A stretch of 64,000 bases of DNA from the human T2T-CHM13v2.0 reference genome, Homo sapiens. This document shows, in pieces, positions 55,246-64,000 of the stretch. The stretch lies in the NCBI RefSeq assembly GCF_009914755.1, contig NC_060941.1; one strand, written 5' to 3'. Both the position numbers and the translations under genes were made by a program. Position 1 is the stretch's first letter. Every line of letters starts with the position of its first letter. The notes under the pieces were generated by a model. The model had not been told where the DNA came from and did not search any database. It worked only from the letters and a program-made list of their open reading frames with translations.

Positions 55246-55758
55246 AGCATGAGTAGGAGGTCGGGTCACTCTCGATCCCAGTCCCCAGTGAAAACCGTAG
55301 GTCGCCATCACCTAACTACGCGTGCAATAAAGTCTTCTGCCTGCTGCTTACAGCCCGAGAACCCTTTTCCGAGAGAATAAAATCTTTGACCGTTGCCCTT
55401 TCTCGCCGGAGTTTGCTCGTGTCTTCTGATGAACTGTGATGTCTCACCTATCGCCTTCCTGGGCTCAAGGATCCACGAAAAGCCGACGACTCTTTTGGGG
55501 AGGCTCTGCAGTGCCTTCATCTCACTAGGCTCCCCAGGAAGCTTGCGAACTTGGCTTGAGCCCTAAGCAGCCGAGTATGTGCCGGGCCTCTGCTTCTCTC
55601 TTTCAGTAAGAGGGAGAACCAAGAAAGAGGCTGAAGCATGGTCTGCAGAGAAGGCACTTGTGCAAACACCAGGAGAATGAGGGGCCTGAGTTGTCTTCAT
55701 TTCTCCTAAAAACACGCATTTCCTCCCAGGCCACCCTAGTGAGGGCATGAAGCACAGC

Positions 55759-55794
55759 GTGTGTGTGTGTGTGTGTGTGCGTGTATGTGTGTGT
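55759..55794 (+). repeat. (TG)n microsatellite, interrupted
   Basis: GTGTGTGTGTGTGTGTGTGTGCGTGTATGTGTGTGT. Confidence 0.9.
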
Positions 55795-55991
55795 TGCAGG
55801 GCTTTACAGTGGACAGGATGTGGGAGGGCAGCTGCAGCTCCAAGCTGCAAGTCTTTCTGATAGAATGGTTAAGATTCCCTGGACCACAGAAAGAGTGTTT
55901 TCATTTGCACCTATTTTTATTAGCATTTAAAGCTGTATTCTTCGTAGCATGTGAAGCTTAAGTTGCTTAACTATTCCTAGAAACATTTACA

Positions 55992-56485
55992 CCAGCGGTC
56001 CCCAAACTTTTTGGCACCAGAGAGCAGTTTTCTTGAAGACAACTCTTCCACGGACCTGGGAGAAGGGGAAGGGATGGTGCAGAGATGATTCGAGCCCATT
56101 ACATTTATTGTGTGCTTTATTTCTATGATTATTTCACTGTAATATATAATGAAATAATTACACAACTCACCATAACATAGAATCAGTGGGAGCCCTGAAC
56201 TTGTTTTCCTGCAACTACATGGTCCCATCAGGAGGTGATGGGAGACAGTCACAGGTCATCAGGCACTAGGTTCTCATAAGGAGCATGCAATCTAGATCCC
56301 TGGCATGCTCAGTTCACAGTTGGGTTCTATGAGAATGGAACGGCACCACTCATTTGACAGGTGGCAGAGCTCACGCGGTAATGCGAGGGATGGGGAGCGG
56401 CTGTTTCTACAGATGAAGCTTTGCTCCCTGGCTGGCTGCTCACCTCCTGCTGTGCAGCCTGGTTCCTAACAGGTGGGGACCCCTG
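55992..56485. mobile_element. MER1-type hAT-Charlie element
   Basis: CAGCGGTCCCCAAACTTTTTGGCACCAG...CTCACCTCCTGCTGTGCAGCCTGGTTCCTAACAGG...GGGGACCCCTG, with matching terminal inverted ends. Confidence 0.8.
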
Positions 56486-58797
56486 ATTTACCCAGTAAAA
56501 GAAACACATTTTTATGTCAATTGAAATTATTCACCCTGCACCACCCAAAATTATCTTGCATACCTACACCCATCCAAGGGTCCCGTAGCACACTTTGGGA
56601 GCTGTAGACAGTAAGCCTGGAGCTCCACTGAGCATTCCTTCTCTCCACCATCTGTGGGCTAACAGGCTGTGTTAGTTTCCTAGGGCTGTTTTACAGTACC
56701 ACAGACTGGGCACCTTCAGCAACAGAATGTTACTGTCTCACAGTACTGGAGGCCATGGGTCCAAGATCAAGGTGTCATCAGGGTGGGTATTTGTTTTCCA
56801 CTGGACTGTTGATACATTCTTAGAAGGTTTTTGGTTGCTGTTCAAGTTAATTTCTCTTCCTTTCTGCAATTGTTCTCTTTCAGTACTCCCTGATATTTTT
56901 CTTCTTGAAGAAGTAGCTAGTTAATTTTGTATTTTAAAATTCTTCCCCTCACCCCAAGAACTTCTGCCTTCATAATTGGTTCTCTCCTCATATTTATTTT
57001 ATACAAGTTATGTGGCTGATTACATTGTTTCTGTCTGTACAGATGGAGAGTTAAGGAATAAAGAGGACAGACAGACTAGATTACCTCAAACACTGAAATG
57101 CTATGATTTGTCCGAAGTCATACACGCATTATCTGACCAGACATATGTGCTTTTTCTCTAGAAGCATTTTGTCATTTTGAATCAAAAGGTCTTCTGAATC
57201 TACCTTAATGAAGTTGACAACTTTCAGAGGTTTTCAGTGGTGAAGAGAAACTTGGACAAGGAGATAACTTCCACAAACAGAAAAAGCCTCATCTCTTCTG
57301 GATTCCTTTAATGCCAGTGGTCATCACCAGGGGCAGATTAGCCACCTTTTCCCCGGGCTGGGACCTCCACCTTCTCCTCTGCAGGTGTATCACCTTAGAA
57401 ATCTTCTGCATCTCACTGTCACCCAACACATTTTCTCCTTCCAAGCCTCTGCAGTCTCACGAGTTTGTCTGTATTTTTCTTCTTATAACCTGCCTTGCTA
57501 CCCTAGCCAGCCTGGATCTCATAGGAGATTAATGGAAATACTCCCAACATTGGGCCTTTCCTGTGCCCGTCTTCCTGCTGTATCCTGGCAAAATGCCAGC
57601 CCAATCCACAGTCTGTTGTTCTACTTCTGTATCTGAAGGCTAAAGAAAAAGCACCTAGTCATACAGATTAACCCTGTTTTAATGTAACTATTCCATAATT
57701 TCAACCTCATCTGAGTACTCAGCCTTGCCTGATGCCTTTGCTTGCCCAGCCCTGTTTAGTTCTCTCATTCTCTTCAACATCTTTAACAAATCTTCTCCTT
57801 CCCCGTCTTGACCTTCCTGTCTCTTCACCTGATACAGAGGTTCTTAGCTCCTACTTCGTTGACAATTTTAAGGTTTTGCTCTCTTCTGTAAATTGACCTA
57901 TAGGAGTATCCTTCTTTACCCCTTTCCTGTGGTTTTCAGGGGATGGAATATTTGTCCTGAGAAGGCCAATACATCCATCGGACACGTGTCTCTATCCCCA
58001 TTTGCTACGTAAGTATTTGACTTCAGCCATCCGGTACACTGGCTCTGTCTCTGGTTTACACCTGCTGTCTCTGTGTCAGCACTCATTTCCGCTTTAGCCC
58101 ATTGACTTTTCCCTCACAACGCTACTGAACTTGTCAATAGGCACATCAGTGATCTCCTACATGCCAAGTCTCATGGACATTTTTCTTCATGTTGTTTGAC
58201 TGCTGCTCTGCCTGACTGGATATTATAATCTCCTTTCCTTGAAACCCTAGGCTACTGTAGCACTACACTTTTCTGGTTCTCCGCTTACCTTCGTTACATC
58301 TCTTTTGTTTTTTTTTTTCCCGGATCCCTCCAGATGTGGCCTAGGAATCCTTTTAAACACAGTGCTCCAGGCAGAAGTTAGTTGGAGGTAGTTCACAAGA
58401 TGCAATTTATTTGCCATCCACCCTTGCATTTCAGCTCCATTATTTGTCCTTGCCATGCCTATCTATAAAAACACTTTCTCCTTCCCAGAGATGGCAGCTA
58501 ACAAGACCTAGCAAAGAGAAATGGGAATTTTCATTCACAATTTCATAGGGAGAGCAATTGGTAAGATTATTTTACTGCCAAGGGTAATAAAATTAATGAG
58601 AGAGTTGAAGAAAGAGGCACGAATTCTGAAACTGTCTAGAACCATCTAAGAGGTAAAGCTGAGGAGTTTTATCCGTATTTGTAGGCTGTGATTATTTTCA
58701 TAGAAGTACTCTCTGATTTATGGGTATGTCACTGATTACCACTAGAATTGCCGATTGGGCACATTAAGCACATCAGCGTAAAAATCCTTGACATTTT

Positions 58798-58974
58798 GGC
58801 CGGGCGCGGTGGCTCACGCCTGTATTCTCAGCACTTGGGAATGCCGAGGTGGGCGGATCACAAGGTCAGGAGTGCGAGACCAGCCTGACCAACGTGGTGA
58901 AACCCCGTCTCTACTAAAAATACAAAAGTTAGCCGGGTGTGGTGGCAACGTGCCTGCAATCCCAGCTACTCGGG
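58798..58974 (+). mobile_element. CpG-rich AluS-type element truncated early in the right arm
   Basis: GGCCGGGCGCGGTGGCTCACGCC...CCCAGCTACTCGGG, then an abrupt switch to non-Alu sequence; no polyA tail. Confidence 0.85.
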
Positions 58975-60749
58975 GAGCACTGAACCCAAATCTGGCATTA
59001 TCTGGTCTACAAATACCCTCCCTCTCACTGCCCTGCCACCCCAGGTCTTGGAGGTACCAGAATACCCTATCATGTACTGGGAATCCCATGTGACTGGACT
59101 CATGATGTAGACCACACAAACCCAACCAAAGACCCCTTTCCGGCCATGCTGGGTCCCTGCCCACAAGGGGCAGGTTTCTGACTTGAGGTTGAGGGTAATC
59201 ACCCAGGGTCGGCACAGGACATGAGGAAGGAGATGGAGCCTGGTGCCCCCACCTCAGACCCCAAGCCTCAGCTCCCTCCCTATAAAATGGCCTCCCAGTG
59301 GATTAAAAAGTACACATATAAAGCACTTGGTGCCAAGCATAGCAGATGCTCAGGGCACCTCAGAAGTTAACTGGGTTACTTATGAAAGAGGGTTTGCTGG
59401 AGCAGCCTGCTTGCCGCTCACCAGCATCCCTCTCATATCTGTTCCCATGGAGGTAGGGACAATGCTGAGGACTGGCTGGGCGAGGACAGAGGCTCCCGGG
59501 GTGGTGTGGGCGTCTGGTGGCAGCAACAGGGCTGCTGCAGGAGCATGTAGTGTGTGTCAAGTGGTAGTGGCACAGCTGCTCAGAGGGAACTGCCTGCCCG
59601 GCACTTCACTCTCATGCCCTGGCACTTCACTTTCATCATGAACTCATTCGTGCCTGTGCGCTGGATCTGCCATCATCCACATATGAGTTGAGCTCCCTTC
59701 CTTTGCCAGCCCTGGGTGAGGCACCAGGGGTAGGAGGGTGGGACAGGGAAATGACCAGGGCATCTCCCAGGCTTTCTGGAGCTCTCAGACCTCCCGCTTC
59801 TGTTTGGGCTGGCTGCCTCGTGTTCCTGCTATGAATTGTCATGCATGAGTGTTTCTGCCCCTTCATTTATGGGGTCCCCAGGCACTCCACTCCCACCCCA
59901 TGACATCCCATTTTTCTGAGTCTCACAGCTTCTGCATTTTAGTTCACTTCTTTACGTTTGTGAGGTACATTCTCTGGAAGTTTCCTGGCAGAGGTACATG
60001 GAAGGTAAAGTTTTCAGACCCTGAACATCTAATGATATCTTTTTTCTACTCTTACATTTGATCAATATTTTGACTAGATATGTACTTCCATATGGAGATA
60101 GTTTTCCCTCCAACATTTGAAGTTTACTTCTGTATTCTTCCGGTGTTGCTGTGACAATATCTAGTCCCTAGGGGGTGGACTTCTTTTCCCCCAGAAGTTT
60201 TAGGATCTTTTGTTTATCCTGTAGGCATTTTTCAAAATTGCCAGTGCTGTGCTTTCTATGGTATTTTTTTCACGCATTATGTGGATATGTGGTATCAGTT
60301 CCTTCAGCTGGTAAACATATGCTCTTCCATTCTGGGGATTTACAAAAATTCGTTATAATAATTTCCTCCCTATTGTTTTCTCTTCCTAGAACTTCTACTA
60401 ATACGAAGTTAATCAACTAACTCTTTTCGTCTCCTTCCTTCCTTCCTTTTCTTTTACTCCAATTCTCCTTCCCCTACCTCCAGCTAACTTCCTGGGAGAT
60501 TTTTTCAACTTTATCCTCCAATCCTACTGAATTTTTATTAAACAGCTTAAATTATTTAAAACATTTTTCTTAAGAGATGGGGTCTCACTTGTTGCCCAGG
60601 CTGGTCTCAAGAGATCCTCCTACCTCAGCCTTCAGAAGCTCTGGGATTATAAGTGTGAGCCACCGCACCTGGCTAAACAGTTTAAATTCTAAAAGCTCTT
60701 TCTTTTTCTTAGACTAGTTCTTTCTTTCCATCAAATTGATTTTGTTTCT

Positions 60750-61051
<302 letters not shown>

Positions 61052-62310
61052 TAACAATCTTTGACTATCTCTTCCTGTCTGGGGATGAGGCATTAAAAAG
61101 CTGCTCAGAAGTTCCAGCAGAAGGGGCTACTCCTAAGAGACACAGGACCAGAAAATACAGACTCAAAAGTAGGCCTTGGTGCGCTGGGGCTGCCCCTCAT
61201 CCTCCACTGGGCCTTTGCATCTGTTCTAGGCTCACAGAGAGAGCAGAATGGGAAACGGGGACCATTCCAGGTGGTGTATGGAGGGTTGCATTTGCTCTGT
61301 GCACTGCCCAGTGTGATGTTCCTCAGCCTTACTGTAGGTCATCCAGGTGGTAGAATTATTCTGGTTTATACAGATGCTGAATTATTCTATTTGGCGGGAG
61401 CCTTGCCACCCTGGGCTTCAGGGAGACCCTCTCCCAGGGCCCCCTGGGTTTTTCCCATTCTAGCAGGCTTGCTGAATGCGTTTGGATTCACATTCTTCCC
61501 CAACAACTGCTGTCACAGCTCTGGATTGGCTACCGCAATGAGAAGGTAAAGCAACACTTTGTGTCTCACGACCTGAGGGCCCAGCAGGTGTGGCCGGCAG
61601 CCAAATCCCGACATCTGCACTTCCTCCAGGCTCCTGCCCCTCCCCACGGTGTGCCCAGCAGTCTCCTTTCCTCAGTGGATGCTGTTCATGTCCTTGCCAT
61701 GGCTGCCAAGCCAGCCAAGAGGTAACATGTTGGTCCTCGGGCCACAGAAGCCCTCTTCTGTCCCTCCAGGAGGATTACTTTGTTAAGAGCCTGGAGTGGC
61801 TGTTTGTTAACTACCATAGTAACCATAGCAGTCTGGCTCTGAACAAGGGAACCCCATTAGCATCAGCTCCTTGATGGATGAGGTGGAGAGCAGGGGACAG
61901 GGAAGAGGATGTTGCTGAGAAGTTTGAAGAAGTTAGTCATTAGGAGTCTTGGTGACTGTCCCGTGCCCTCTCTGCCCTTCTGTCTCCCCTAATGTGTTCA
62001 CTAATACCCACCTTTTCTGTCTCTTGGGGTCACTCTAATGTCCATGGTGACACTTGTTATTATCTATTGCCAGGGGACCCACAATGTGAGGACCATGAGG
62101 GAGGGGAGTTAGATCTTCCTGCCCCATGGTTGACAGTCCACCTCAACCATGGGGCAGAGCAGCCCCTCAAGGGGCTGAGCAGCACCATCTGTCTCAGACA
62201 TCATCCAGGGTGTACCAGCAGGCACCCTAGAGAAGGAAGGGGGCCAGCTACAAGAGTCAAAAGCAACATGATTCAGTATGCAGCACAATCATTTTAAGAA
62301 TCCTGATTCT

Positions 62311-62947
<637 letters not shown>

Positions 62948-63749
62948 CTAGCAGTTGGAGATGCCAGACGTGAGTTATTGAACACATCTGCCGAGACCAG
63001 AGACCAGGACACGACATTTGTATCTACCAAATGAGTGCTGGCAGCTAGCTCTGCTCCCCTGGAACATCCTCTCAAAACCCTTTTGCCTTGACTATTACCT
63101 CATCTCTCTCCTGGCCTGCACTGATCCTTGGCCGACTCTAAGAAGTCACCCGTGGGGCCCTGGGGCAAGACAGGTCATGGTTCTGGGCACCAGCACTGCC
63201 ATCTGGCTGCTTCTTCTGGCCTCTCTTTGCTGGACTAGTGCCTGGCCCAATATCATGCCATCATGATCACGCTCAACTCGAGGGATATCATTTACTCCTT
63301 CAAGGGCAAGATTCTAGACCCCTCACTGCAGAGCCCTTCACTGGGGACACCCGGTCTTCTTTGCCTGCTTGGACATTGAGGGTGGAGGGAGGAAGGGGTT
63401 GTGGGCATCCATAGAAGCTGTGGGGGGCATCCAGAAATAAGGGAGAGAGGCATCTTCACTGCTGGCGGTGTGCGGGACCAATTCCAGGGATTGTCTGACT
63501 GCGCTCCCCCCCACCACCCCATAGGTAGCAGGGTCTGCTGGGCTTGGATGCCAGTGGGAAGAATGCGTTCTTCGAGAGTGAGTGGACCCTCCTCTGGGCT
63601 CACTGGAGGGGACGGGTCTGGAGCAGGCAGAGTGAGCCGCTGCTTGCGGGATCCGGGATGGAGCTCAGGAATGGAGCTCCACACTCTCCCAGCTGCCTGG
63701 CCCGGGACAAGCATTGGCCCTTTCTGGGCCTCCTCAGGAATCTCCAACC

Positions 63750-64000
63750 TCCGAGGCGATTCTAGTTTAAGCCTGATGAGGCAGACGTGCATCCGGGCGG
63801 ATGATTAGCCGGTGTGGGCGCGGCCTGGAGCGGGCCCAGGCTGGGGAGTGGCGGCTGCACGCGGTGACGACTGTGTGTTCGCTGAGTCAGGGCCCGGAGC
63901 GCTTCAGCACCGCGGCTTGGACAGCGCCCCGGGGCAAGCGGGTGGCGCTCTCCCTACAGGGACAAATGACCCCAGGGCCGGCATTTCTGACCTAGAGAAC
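63750..64000. promoter_or_regulatory. CpG-rich candidate regulatory element, cut by the window edge
   Basis: Sharp rise in CpG outside any recognisable repeat; AP-1 site TGAGTCA at 63883-63889; CTCF-like CAAGCGGGTGGCGCT at 63935-63949. Confidence 0.5.

Noticed and set aside
54625-55311. 228-aa - strand ORF
   Set aside because: Open because it runs through (CT)-rich and hexamer low-complexity tracts.

Overview
Human genomic DNA (a human-specific AluYb8 is present), recognisable as one unit of the copy-number-variable chr17q12 CCL3L/CCL4L-TBC1D3 segmental duplication. Left to right: the 3' UTR end of a CCL4L chemokine gene (+, 1-240); a decayed, truncated HERV-L provirus (MLT2A LTR remnant, gag-pro-pol, ~4.75-9.9 kb); an Alu-saturated block (~10-30 kb) carrying two orphan exons with intronic flanks, one from RPS6KB1 (-) and one from YWHAE (+); a scrambled NOS2 pseudogene relic with a 256-bp inverted duplication (~37-39.3 kb); an intact TBC1D3 gene on the - strand (13 coding exons, all GT-AG, 1650 nt, 549 aa, plus a non-coding first exon); upstream flank; and the start of a CpG-rich element at the right edge. 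Almost all other ORFs in the track are Alu/L1/ERV or GC-rich shadow ORFs. I cannot demonstrate a new biological system from sequence alone. The best lead is a phase-0 internal splice donor in the TBC1D3 last exon that faces two same-strand, phase-0 orphan exons (NOS2- and RPS6KB1-derived), resembling the fusion that produced USP6. Several templated-insertion and fold-back scars are also visible. Gene and repeat identities come from remembered sequences, not from database searches.
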